In this document: positions 37,391 to 49,588 of the stretch, in pieces | How the letters are laid out: every line of letters begins with the position of its first letter | Numbering within the stretch: position 1 is the first letter of the stretch | Translations under genes and position numbers: made by a program | The notes under the pieces: model-generated | Database searches by the model: none | What the model was told of the DNA's origin: nothing | What the model saw: the letters and a program-made list of their open reading frames with translations, nothing else | Assembly (NCBI RefSeq): GCF_032444005.1 | Contig: NC_091283.1 | Span: forward strand, 823,112,001 to 823,176,000 | Direction: 5' to 3' | Origin: Ranitomeya imitator | Taxonomy: Eukaryota | DNA length: 64,000 nt

Positions 37391-40300
37391 TCAGAGGAAA
37401 TTCTTTGCCATTGCATTCAATGTCCTGACTTTGGTCACATCGGCAACCTTGATGGAATACTCCGAGGTAGAAAGTGCGCCTCCCATTGTCACAGAGTTGT
37501 TTCTGATAGAAAAAGAGCACATTTCAGTATGAATCGTGTGAAAATGACAAGTGTGGCAAAAGCGTACACTCAACCCTAAATAAACGAGTCGGGCAGCGCA
37601 GGCATGACATCTGCAAGATGCAAAAATCGACATGTCGGGCGGTACAGTCACGTCTGACATCTGCAAGATGCAAAAAGCAACATGTTGGGCGGTACAGCCA
37701 TGTCTGACATCTGCAAGATGCAAAAAGCAACGTGGCGGGCGGCACAGCCACGTCCGGCATCTGCAAGATGCAAAAAGCAACGTGGCAGGTGGTACAGCCA
37801 CGTCCGGCATCTGCAAGATGCAAAAGCAACATGTCGGGCGGTACAGCCACGTCCGGCATCTGCAAGATGCAAAAAGCAACATGTCACACCAGGACATTCT
37901 ATCAAACAATAAAAGCTGCACAAACAAAACCAAGAAAACAAAGCAAAATTACACTTTTTTCCCCCATCATTTCATCCAACTTGGAATTTATTTTTTTTAC
38001 ATTAAATAAGAACATTTATGGTGTCATTCAAAATAAATCTTATTGAAAAAAAAAAAAACCAAAAACAAGCCCTTATATGGATGTGTCCACGTAAAAATAA
38101 AGTTCTAAAAAAAAATAAAATAAAAATGAATCCAGTGGGGTCACTATGTTATGTCATTATTTTATTGGTGTTAATAAACAGAACACGGATATTGGTTTTC
38201 TTCGTGCAGTGTGCGTTACCTGTACTTCATTAACGATTCCTTGGTGGAGCGCGCAGAACAGTGGAATTCTTGAACTCCGGCACCTTCTAGAATTCTATGG
38301 AGGTTCCTCTCTGTGATTCCGCCACCTGAAGGATCAGGAAATAAAAAATATATGTAAATACAGTGAAATATTTCCAACCCCCTTAATCAAACTTGTTTTG
38401 ACTGGCCGTTGATCACCCCCTTTAAAAAGACCACAATGCACTTTTGGCGCTCGTATTTAGAGTATTTTCCTTACGCTTGTGTCTTTTAGGTGACACAGAC
38501 ACAGTGCTTAGACAATGATGGATGATTTGCCCAATTGCAATATAATGGAATCTCAAAGATTATAAATGGCAGCTGAAATATACAACCTCAATGTGGCGTA
38601 ATTTCATGCGAGTAGTTAGATTTTGGAAGACCCAGGGGTCACTTTGCCCTTCAGCTCTTATTGTCAAGGACTAAGCAAAGTTTCCTCCCCACCAATCGTC
38701 AGCAATCTGTCAGTAAGTGTTCCGTTTCCCTGCAGCGCCTCCACAGGGTTAATCAGGAATTGCATATTTTTAAATCAAAGGCTTATGTGTACAACATAGA
38801 GTACAGGAGAGGACAAGTCCTCCAGATTAACAGGCGCTATAATGTTTTCGCTCTCCACTCTGGCCAAGAGGGGAGGATCCTAAACTGGGGACCTCCGCCT
38901 CTAATAAGGGTCTGTTTGAAGACCACCACAAACTAAAGGCTCCACCTATACAATGCTGACCACCCCTAGTAGTGGCAGATCTTCTATTCCTAGGGAATAT
39001 TTGGGCTCTGTCAGTAGAATGCGGCTTGTGGTTTACCTACCGGGCATTACTATGATCCGGCCTTTAGCCTGGAAGAGAAAAACATTATCACGTGACTGAT
39101 GATGATAATAAAGGTAGACGGCAGAATATATTATTTATGCAGCATAAATGCTCAGTGTTTCCGATGAATTAACGCTCACATATGGCTAAATAAAGCCCCC
39201 TCACCTTACCGCAGCGTCTAGGTCCCTAGTCCTGTGTGAAGGTCTTCTAAATTATTTTAGAAAGAGGATGAAAACAAACCCCATCACCACCTCAACAACT
39301 TTTCCCTATTAAACGGTGTTTTCCAAAAACTGTTTTGGATAAAAAAAAAAATTTTTTAAGGAAAAACTGTGCTTTACTCACCCTGTCCAGGTTCAGTGCG
39401 AGGTCTCTGAAGCCAATCAGTGAGCTTAAGTATTAGCTGCAGATGATAACAGATGGACCTGAGGAGGGTGAGTGATGCTCATTTTTTTTTTTTTTTAATA
39501 AAACAAACTGCAGCCTGGGGACACGGTCTGAGCTCTCCATTGATCTCAGGAACGGGGCTCTGGAGTCTTTTTGTACGAAGCGACGACCCACACGTGTGAA
39601 GTATGCAGCAGCACCGATAAGGATATGTCGACAGGTGTGCAGTCAGCAGGTCACACGCACCCACACTAATCTGATGCCTGCTGACCGTGCACCCATCCAT
39701 GCAACATCACCAGTGCCAACTGTGCGTGCGCCCTGGCAGACACATCCACACAAGGTCATCAGAAGGGCTCACCGCCCCATGTGGAAGTGAACGGCGCCAG
39801 AGGAGGCCTTTAACTCTTTCCTGCTAAAGGACCGACATATACCTCATCTCCTAGTATGGGGGGCACAACAGGTTTATCTGAGCGATCGGGCGCAGGAGCG
39901 CGGCTCTGATTGACAGCCACTCTTCTCCACTACAATAACTCCTGATTGTGCAATATAATAAAATTAAAGAAGTGATTTTTAGAAGAAAACAAATAAAAAC
40001 AGGGGAACTTAAGGCCCCAAATAACTATCCTTAAGGGGTTAATATAATCTGCATTATGTTAATACATAATAGGCACAATTAATTTAGAATTTTCATCTCT
40101 AGGATAGAAGCTGAATGTTAAAAGTTCAGAGGCAACCGAGGCACCAGGCAGCCTATTATCGGCCCAGTATAACACCCCCGAGTGGGATGGGCAGATGATG
40201 GCGATATTACGGCTATGCTCATTTTTAGGACTGCAGTGAGAATAATTACCTGCTCCACGAGCCTCTTTATTAAAGGCAGACCCTCCAGTGCAGAGCTGTC

Positions 40301-43300
40301 GCACCCGCTGGTCAGAACCCGCTCAAACCCAAGCGAAATCAGAGTCTCCATAGCCAGTAAGGGATCATAGACCATGTCAAACGCTGCAATACAAGAGCAC
40401 ATGGGAGAGTTAAGGAGCGGAGATCCGTGCAGCACAGCGTCATTGCTACCATCAGTCTCCATAAAGCTCAGCTTAGGGCATGGGCACACGACTCGTCCAG
40501 GTGGATTCAGCTCTGAAGATGCTCCATACAAGTCAGTGGGAAGACTCAAAAGACACCTGGGCGTCCTATTGAGCGTTTTCGCATGAAAAACCCTAGCAGA
40601 TTGTTCATTTTTGAATGGAGTTCAACAAAAACACCAATAAAAAAACAAACAAAAAAAAACAACATGCCCCAAAAATGTTAAAACAGCAAAAAAAAGGCAA
40701 TAAAACAATAAAAAAAAAAAGTCAAAGAAGTGGTCAAAAAACTACCAAAAAAAGATGCATGGTGGAAAAAAAAAAAAAAAACAAAACAAACAAACAAACA
40801 AAAAAAACAAACAAACACTGGCGTTTCCAGAATTGTCATCCACTCGAAAAACTCTGGGGGTTTGTAAGGCTGGAAAAGACGTTGTGTGCACATACCCTTA
40901 CATAGCATAAGTCGTCATTCTTACCTCGATGGAAAGTGACAGGAAGCGGGCGAGAAATAGCTGGAAGATGAAAGGAACAGAGTTATTCACAGAAGCTCCG
41001 TTTTAAAGGACACCTTGATGTTCCAAAAAGTACTTTCATCCCATTTTTTTCCTCTTTCATGCTGTAAACATAGTCTTATTCTAGGAGTGGGTATCAAACT
41101 GAGAACATGTCTTGAAATTTGAATTGGACAAAGACTCAATTTAATGTGGGGATGGATTTATTTATTCAATCTGAAATTGAATCTCTGCAGTGAAGGGGTT
41201 AAAAAAATAAAATAAAATAAGACAAAAATAAAATGACTTCGGGTTATGATCACAGCGTCTTTTTGCTGACTTTTTGGAGGTGAAACTATTCATTTATAAG
41301 TTCAGGGTCAAAAATATCAGAAGACACAAGATGAGATCCACCTCCTTGGCAAAAATAACCCAACCGCGGCCGCAGTATTTGTCTCACCAAGTAAATCCAT
41401 GCACAGTTCTGCATCGATTCTGCCGTCTTCTGTCAGGGCTCCGAAAACCAAGCCGTCAGCGCCGTGGATTTTTGCTAGCCGGATGTCAGCTTTCATGACT
41501 TCCATCTCTCGGTCAGAGTAGAGGAAGTCTCCTCCTCGCGGCCGAATCATCACATACACGGGGATCTGCACGTACTGCTTCACCACCTGCAAAAGACCTG
41601 AAAAATGGACGAGATGATGGAGGGGCAGCTTCATCCCTTCCCCTGCTGGTGACCGGGGTTATTGTCCTCATTTGCCCATTTACATCTTTTATATATTCCC
41701 AGCCTCTATAATCAGTACAGCAGCGGCAAGCAAAGCTAAAACTGAGGGTAAGTATCATTCCTTGGCTTTAGCAGCAATTCCGCCTCTGTAACATTTACCA
41801 TGACCTGGAAAACCCCTTTAATTGTACATAGAACGTTCGAAACCAAGAACAGAGGAGGTCTAACTTCTGGGAAACCCCCCAATCCTGAAAATGAAGCATA
41901 GCACTGGCTTTGTTTCACCTGCATAGCAGATGGGAAAACCCATCGTAGAGTCTCTAAAATAAGGACAGGTCGGACCACCACCAATGCAGGTCAGACCACC
42001 AAACCTAAAATAAGGACAGGTCGGACCATCACCAATGCAGGTCAGACCACCAAACCTAAAATAAGGACAGGTCGGACCATCACCAATGCAGGTCAGACCA
42101 CCAAACCTAAAATAAGGACAGGTCGAATCACCACCAATGCAGTTCAGACCACCAAACCTAAAATAAGGACAGGTCGAATCACCACCAATGCAGTTCAGAC
42201 CACCAAACCTAAAATAAGGACAGGTCGGACCATCACCAATGCAGGTCAGACCACCAAACCTAAAATAAGGACAGGTCGGACCATCACCAATGCAGGTCAG
42301 ACCACCAAACCTAAAATAAGGACAGGTCGGACCACCACCAATGCAGTTCAGACCACCAAACCTAAAATAAGGACAGGTCGGACCATCACCAATGCAGGTC
42401 AGACCACCAAACCTAAAATAAGGACAGGTCGGACCACCACAAATGCAGGTCAGACCACCAAACCTAAAATAAGGACAGGTCGGACCATCACCAATGCAGG
42501 TCAGACCACGAAACCTAAAATAAGGACAGGTCGGACCACCACCAATGCAGGTCAGACCACCAAACCTAAAATAAGGACAGGTCGGACCATCACCAATGCA
42601 GGTCAGACCACCAAACCTAAAATAAGGACAGGTCGGACCACCACCAATGCAGTTCAGACCACCAAACCTAAAATAAGGACAGGTCGGACCTCCACCAATG
42701 CAGGTCAGACCACCAAACCTAAAATAAGGACAGGTCGGACCACCACCAATGCAGGTCAGACCACCAAACCTAAAATAAGGACAGGTCGGACCACCACAAA
42801 TGCAGGTCAGACCACCAAACCTAAAATAAGGACAGGTCGGACCACCATCAATGCAGGTCAGACCAACAAACCTAAAATAAGGACAGGTCGGACCACCACC
42901 AATGCAGTTCAGACCACCAAACCTAAAATAAGGACAGGTCGGACCACCACCAATGCAGGTCAGACCACCAAACCTAAAATAAGGACAGGTCGGACCACCA
43001 CCAAAAAAAAAAAAAAATCATGGCATATCCGATCACTTCACAATGCTGGAATACCCCGCTATTTATCGTGGCTGACCCTTTAGTAATACAATCTGTGGAT
43101 GTGATTAGTGATGAGCGTAAGTGCTCGCTACTCAAGCTTGCATCGAGTATCGCGGGTGCCGGAGCGAGCGCCATGCTCGAGTCCCCACCTCGTATGTTTC
43201 GCAGCTAATAAAAAAAAAAAAATAATACCAAAACAACCAAAAATGTTGGCACAAAAGAGGTGAGAGGAAATCAAGAGGTTGTGAAAAAGTTAAGACCGAA

Positions 43301-44177
43301 GACTACAGAAAGATCCATTTTATTGTATCTCAAGATGAAATCTGGCACATCTTAAGACGATCTAGTCTAAGGCCATATTCATAGTGAAGTATTATTATTT
43401 TTATTTTTTTTAGTACCAAATCTCCAATTCATTATTTTTTTTTTTTTTTATAGGTGAAATCCACTTTGTGGCTCATATAATTTTGGGGCTTTTTTTTTTT
43501 CCCTGAAGAGGTTTTGACAAACATTTGGTGGAAAAACTAAAGTGCAATGTCAGTTGTTAGAAAGACTTCCACAAGGAAACCTCTCCAAGCTAGGCACAGT
43601 CCAATCAAAAGACAAAAAAAAAAAATCTAAGACAAAAAACTAAAACAAAAAAACAACATCAACTCTGCATGAAAAAAAACAAACAAAAACAAAACAAAAA
43701 CACCTTAGAAAACTACTTCAGGAAAAGAAAAACTTCTCCAGAACCAACCGAAAGAATGGGGGAAATTTATTGAAGCGGTTTCTGCCTGCAAACTAATGAT
43801 TTTTGAGCTCCATTAAAAAAAAAAAAAAAAAAAAAGGTGAAGACAACCTAGATCTGCTGAATAGTGCCCTGGAGTATTAAATCTGTCCCACTCCGCAGCT
43901 CGGGGATAAAACATTTAATATGTCCCACCAATACTCCCATAATTGGGTACAACGCACCTATGGTCGGGGTGATTCCTCCTTCCAGTAAACTGGCACATAG
44001 CTCTATACGTCCGGCACCTGATGAGAAAACAAAGCTGCAGATGAAGTCTGTGCGCAAAGAAAATCCCCCCTTAAAATAAATGAATAAAATGCATTCGCTC
44101 TTACCTCCCCTCTCAGCGTTCACTGCAGACTCGACGGAATCGACACAAACTTCCATAAGGAAACCCTGATCCGCCAT
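37391..44177 (-). CDS. CUTC: Copper homeostasis protein CutC homolog, complete, ~252 aa
   Basis: Coding exons 44105-44177 (MADQGFLMEVCVDSVESA), 43958-44017, 41388-41597 (VMIRPRGGDFLYS), 40925-40960 (VTFHR), 40250-40383 (RVLTSG), 39041-39068, 38220-38325 and 37391-37502 (stop TGA). Total 759 nt, in frame, GT-AG. A probable non-coding first exon ends at the donor at 47729-47730. Confidence 0.96.
37590..37885. repeat. ~45-bp minisatellite in the last CUTC intron
   Basis: About 6-7 units of CATCTGCAAGATGCAAAAAGCAACATGTCGGGCGGTACAGCCACGTCCGG-like sequence. Confidence 0.9.
40476..40897. mobile_element. PIF/Harbinger-type MITE filling most of a small CUTC intron
   Basis: GGGCATGGGCACACGAC...GTTGTGTGCACATACCC with a TTA TSD on both sides. 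Confidence 0.75.
41956..43002. repeat. 51-bp minisatellite, ~20 copies, in a CUTC intron
   Basis: Unit AAAATAAGGACAGGTCGGACCACCACCAATGCAGGTCAGACCACCAAACCT, highly homogeneous. Confidence 0.97.
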
Positions 44178-44519
44178 CTCCCTGCATAATAACAGAGGGA
44201 AACTAACGTACATGTAGGACTCCGGACGACTCAGAAGCACAAGGAACACAAAGAGTTAAAATAGAATAGCAGTTTAGCTGTGAAGAGAAACCGGAGACCA
44301 TAGTGAGGGGTCCTGGGGAAGGACTATATGAAGACGGCACCGACCCTACAGAATAAGGGGCAAGTAATGCAAAACCCACCGCTGCATCCTGGGTAATGCA
44401 ATGACTGCGGGTCCTGCTGCCACAGCTGCTGCATGAGGTACGACAGTACGGAGGAGTGTATGTTTATTGGCTTAGACACCTACAGCATGGAAGGGAAAGA
44501 ACTGCTACATTGTAACAGC

Positions 44520-45275
44520 GGGATCAACCCCCTGCACCGGACCGCCGGGATCAAAAGCACGCCGCCACGGCCAGGGATCAGCCCCGCCACGATCAAACAG
44601 CACGCTGCCATGATCAAACAGCACGCTGCCACGGCCAGGGATCAGCCCCGCCACGATCAAACAGCACCCGCCACAGCCGGGATCAGCCCCCGAGCAGCAC
44701 TGCCACGATCAGACAGCACACCCCCACAGCCGGGATCAGCCCCCGAGCAGCACCGCCACAGCCGGGATCAGCCCCCGAGCAGCACCGCCAGGATCAAACA
44801 GCACGCCGCCACAGCCGGGATCAGCCCCCGAGCTGCACCGCCGGGATCAAACAGCACACCGCCACGGCCGAGATCAGCCCCCGAGCAGCACCGCCGGGAT
44901 CAAACAGCACACCGCCATGGCCGGGATCAGCCCCCGAGCAGCACCGCCACGATCAAACAGCACACCACCACGGCCGGTATCAGCCTCTGAGCAGCACCAC
45001 CGGGATCAAACAGCACACCGCCACGGCCGAGATCAGCCCCCGAGCAGCACCGCCGGGATCAAACAGCACACTGCCATGGCCGGGATCAGCCCCCGAGCAG
45101 CACCGCCACGATCAAACAGCACACCACCACGGCCGGTATCAGCCTCTGAGCTGCACCACCGGGATCAAACAGCATGCCGCCATGGGCGGGATCAGCCCCC
45201 GAACAGCACCGCCACGATCAAACAGCACCGCCACGATCAAACAGCACACCGCCACGGCCGGGATCAGCCCCCGCG
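44520..45275. repeat. GC-rich composite minisatellite in CUTC intron 1
   Basis: Recurring CGGGATCAGCCCCCGAGCAGCACCGCC and GATCAAACAGCACACCGCCACGGC subunits. Confidence 0.9.
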
Positions 45276-45404
45276 CTAACAGAGTGGCCCAGGCTATCCC
45301 CCAGCATTCTGACATCCTGCTGTCACATCCTGCCTACAGTTCACGTGCTTACCCCTAACCCTTGCACTATACAACTGTGCAGAGCAGCAGCGAGTGACAC
45401 ATGA

Positions 45405-47712
45405 CAGGGACACACAGGGGGCAGTCACCCACCTCCCGCATCCTCAGCCCGGGTCACACAGGGGGCAGTCACCCACCTCCCGGGTCACACAGGGGGCAGT
45501 CACCCACCTCCCGCATCCTCAGCCCGGGTCACACAGGGGGCAGTCACCCACCTCCCGGGTCACACAGGGGGCAGTCACCCACCTCCCGCATCCTCAGCCC
45601 GGGTCACACAGGGGGAAGTCACCCACCTCCCGCATCCTCAGCCCGGGTCACACAGGGGGCAGTCACCCACCTCCCGCATCCTCAGCCCGGGTCACACAGG
45701 GGGCAGTCACCCACCTCCCGCACCCTCAGCCCGGGTCACACGGGGGGCAGTCATCCACCTCCCGCACCCTCAGCCCGGGTCACACAGGGGGCAGTCACTC
45801 ACCTCCCGCACCCTCAGCCCGGGTCACACAGGGGGCAGTCACCCACCTCCCGCATCCTCAGCCCGGGTCACACAGGGGGCAGTCACCCACCTCCCGGGTC
45901 ACACAGGGGGCAGTCACCCACCTCCCGCACCCTCAGCCCGGGTCACACAGGGGGCAGTCACCCACCTCCCGCATCCTCAGCCCGGGTCACACAGGGGGCA
46001 GTCACCCACCTCCCGCACCCTCAGCCCGGGTCACACAGGGGGCAGTCACCCACCTCCCGGGTCACACAGGGGGCAGTCACCCACCTCCCGCACCCTCAGC
46101 CCGGGTCACACAGGGGGCAGTCACCCACCTCCCGCACCCTCAGCCCGGGTCACACAGGGGGCAGTCACCCACCTCCCGCACTCTCAGCCCGGGTCACACA
46201 GGGGGCAGTCACCCACCTCCCGCACCCTCAGCCCGGGTCACACAGGGGGCAGTCACCCACCTCCCGCACCCTCAGCCCGGGTCACACAGGGGGCAGTCAC
46301 CCACCTCCCGCACTCTCAGCCCGGGTCACACAGGGGGCAGTCACCCACCTCCCGCACCCTCAGCCCGGGTCACACAGGGGGCAGTCACCCACCTCCCGCA
46401 CCCTCAGCCCGGGTCACACAGGGAGCAGTCATCCACCTCCCGCACCCTCAGCCCGGGTCACACAGGGGGCAGTCACCCACCTCCCGCACCCTCAGCCCGG
46501 GTCACACAGGGGGCAGTCACCCACCTCCCGCACCCTCAGCCCGGGTCACACGGGGAGCAGTCACCCACCTCCCGCACCCTCAGCCCGGGTCACACGGGGA
46601 GCAGTCACCCACCTCCCGCACCCTCAGCCCGGGTCACACGGGGAGCAGTCACCCACCTCCCGCACCCTCAGCCCGGGTCACACGGGGGGCAGTCACCCAC
46701 CTCCCGCACCCTCAGCCCGGGTCACACGGGGAGCAGTCACCCACCTCCCGCACCCTCAGCCCGGGTCACACGGGGAGCAGTCACCCACCTCCCGCACCCT
46801 CAGCCCGGGTCACACGGGGAGCAGTCACCCACCTCCCGCACCCTCAGCCCGGGTCACACGGGGGGCAGTCACCCACCTCCCGCACCCTCAGCCCGGGTCA
46901 CACGGGGGGCAGTCACCCACCTCCCGCACCCTCAGCCCGGGTCACACAGGGGGCAGTCACCCACCTCCCGCACCCTCAGCCCGGGTCACACAGGGGGCAG
47001 TCACCCACCTCCCGCACCCTCAGCCCGGGTCACACAGGGGGCAGTCACCCACCTCCCGCACCCTCAGCCCGGGTCACACAGGGGGCAGTCACCCACCTCC
47101 CGCACCCTCAGCCCGGGTCACACAGGGGGCAGTCACCCACCTCCCGCACCCTCAGCCCGGGTCACACAGGGGGCAGTCACCCACCTCCCGCACCCTCAGC
47201 CCGGGTCACACAGGGGGCAGTCACCCACCTCCCGCACCCTCAGCCCGGGTCACACAGGGGGCAGTCACCCACCTCCCGCACCCTCAGCCTGGGTCACACA
47301 GGGGGCAGTCACCCACCTCCCGCACCCTCAGCCCGGGTCACACAGGGGGCAGTCACCCACCTCCCGCACCCTCAGCCCGGGTCACACAGGGGGCAGTCAC
47401 CCACCTCCCGCACCCTCAGCCCGGGTCACACAGGGGGCAGTCACCCACCTCCCGCACCCTCAGCCCGGGTCACACAGGGGGCAGTCACCCACCTCCCGCA
47501 CCCTCAGCCCGGGTCACACAGGGGGCAGTCACCCACCTCCCGCACCCTCAGCCCGGGTCACACAGGGGGCAGTCACTCACCTCCCGCACCCTCAGCCCGG
47601 GTCACACAGGGGGCAGTCACCCACCTCCCGGGTCACACAGGGGGCGGTCACCCACCTCCCGGGTCACACAGGGGGCAGTCACCCACCTCCCGCATCCTCA
47701 GCCCGGGTCACA
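45405..47712. repeat. 44-bp minisatellite, ~50 copies, in CUTC intron 1
   Basis: Unit GGTCACACAGGGGGCAGTCACCCACCTCCCGCACCCTCAGCCCG plus shorter variants; source of the spurious 792/809-aa ORFs. Confidence 0.98.
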
Positions 47713-47730
47713 CACACATTGCATGTTTAC

Positions 47731-48140
47731 CTCCTGTGTCACCATCCCCCACTGTCTCACCGACCAAAACACCCACTAGCCGCTGATTGGTTACCCCTCC
47801 ATTCTCCGTTCCTTCCAGTTTAACGCCTCTCCCGTTCGGATTGGTTATCTAAATGCCAGTGTCGGCTCTGATTGGCTGCCTGCAGGAATCCCTTCTTCAT
47901 TGGGTCGCCGTCTGACAGCGGCGCTCAGTGATTGGTCAGCAGCTTTCCTGGCGGAGCCATTGAGGGTTCGGACCTGTGACTATTCCGGAGTATTGGAGGT
48001 GGCGGTGCCGCTGTGCGAGCCTGACGCTACTTTACCTCGTGACGTGCGTGTTACGTGATGACGTTCCGTCCAACATGGCTGCGCCCATGAGTGACACTTT
48101 GGTCCTCACCGGTTAGCAGCCATATCTGCAGAGGGGAATG
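47731..48140. promoter_or_regulatory. CUTC/COX15 bidirectional CpG-island promoter with first exons
   Basis: CpG-rich, with several CCAAT boxes (ATTGG at ~47786, 47839, 47871, 47931), CRE/ATF-like TGACGT and TTACGTGA at ~48040-48065, and a YY1-like CAACATGGCTGC at 48071. Donors at 47730 (minus) and at 48112/48140 (plus). The head-to-head COX15/CUTC arrangement is also known in mammals. Confidence 0.8.
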
Positions 48141-48504
48141 TAAGTGTCCGCTGTATGTGAGTGCGCTGTGTGTCCGCGGAGATCGGTGAGGTTGGGGGCT
48201 GTGCTGAGCAGAGGCCTGTCCTGCATGTAGCAGTGTCTGTCCACCGGCGCTGATAACAGGACAGGTTCAGTCTGCGGCTCCCGTATAGGAACGTCTGCGC
48301 TTCCCCGGCCGCACACACAACGCCAGTGTGCAGTACAGCAACCAATCAGAATAATGCTTTCATTTTCCAAAGGGAAATTTAAAAATAAGAACTGGAATCT
48401 GATTGGTTGCTTGATTGCCATGTGTTACCTGGAAAACAATTTGATAATTCACTTTGAATAACTTTTATAGATATGATTGTGCAAAGTGTTAGGTCCGTCC
48501 TTCC

Positions 48505-49325
48505 CCGCTCCCCCAATAGTCACAGCAGCCCCTTTCTGCTCCCCCAAAAGTCACAGCAGCCCCTCTGCTCCCCCCAATAGTCACAGCAGCCCCTCTGCTC
48601 CCCCAATAGTCACAGCAGCCCCTTTCCGCTCCCACCAATAGTCACAGCAGCCCCTTTCTGCTCCCACCAATAGTCACAGCAGCCCCTTTCTGCTCCCTCC
48701 ATTAGTCACAGCAGCCCCTTTCTGCTCCCTCCATTAGTCACAGCAGCCCCTTTCCGCTCCCCCAATGGTCACAGCAGCCCCTTTCCGCTCCTCCCAATGG
48801 TCACAGCAGCCCCTTTCTGCTCCCACCAATAGTCACAGCAGCCCCTTTCTGCTCCCTCCATTAGTCACAGCAGCCCCTTTCCGCTCCCCCAATGGTCACA
48901 GCAGCCCCTTTCCGCTCCTCCCAATGGTCACAGCAGCCCCTTTCTGCTCCCGCCATTAGTCACAGCAGCCCCTTTCCGCTCCCCCAATGGTCACAGCAGC
49001 CCCTTTCCGCTCCTCCCAATGGTCACAGCAGCCCCTTTCTGCTCCCACCAATAGTCACAGCAGCCCCTTTCTGCTCCCTCCATTAGTCACAGCAGCCCCT
49101 TTCTGCTCCCCCAATAGTCACAGCAGCCCCTTTCCGCTCTTCCCAATGGTCACAGCAGCCCCTTTCTGCTCCCGCCATTAGTCACAGCAGCCCCTTTCTG
49201 CTCCCCCAATAGTCACAGCAGCCCCTTTCCGCTCCTCCCAATGGTCACAGCAGCCCCTTTCTGCTCCCCTCAATGGTCACAGCAGCCCCTCTGCTCCCCT
49301 CAATGGTCACAGCAGCCCCTTTCCA
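48505..49325. repeat. ~30-bp minisatellite in COX15 intron 1
   Basis: Unit CCCCCAATAGTCACAGCAGCCCCTTTCCGCT with variants. Confidence 0.95.
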
Positions 49326-49588
49326 CTCTGCTCAATGATCACATCAACCTGCCTTTTATAAATATTTATTATTATTAGTTCCGCTTCTAGCCGGTTTGCT
49401 AAGTATTTCTCCCTGTGGGGTATTGTTGGGTTTTAAACATTCCACACATATTGCCATTGAGACTGATTACGCACCAGACTGATGGACTGAAAACCTGATT
49501 CTTTTTTTTTTTTCTCTTAATAGGTGAATTTTCAGGACAGTTTGTGAAGTTGTATTCTCTGATCCGGCGTAATCAGAGGAAGCCAAGA

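Noticed and set aside
41956-43002. CRISPR-like regular array
   Set aside because: There are no unique spacers or cas genes, and the DNA is eukaryotic intron; it is a plain tandem repeat.
45394-47823. 809-aa and 792-aa ORFs
   Set aside because: They are read-throughs of a stop-free 44-bp minisatellite, open in several frames, antisense to CUTC intron 1, with no domain content.
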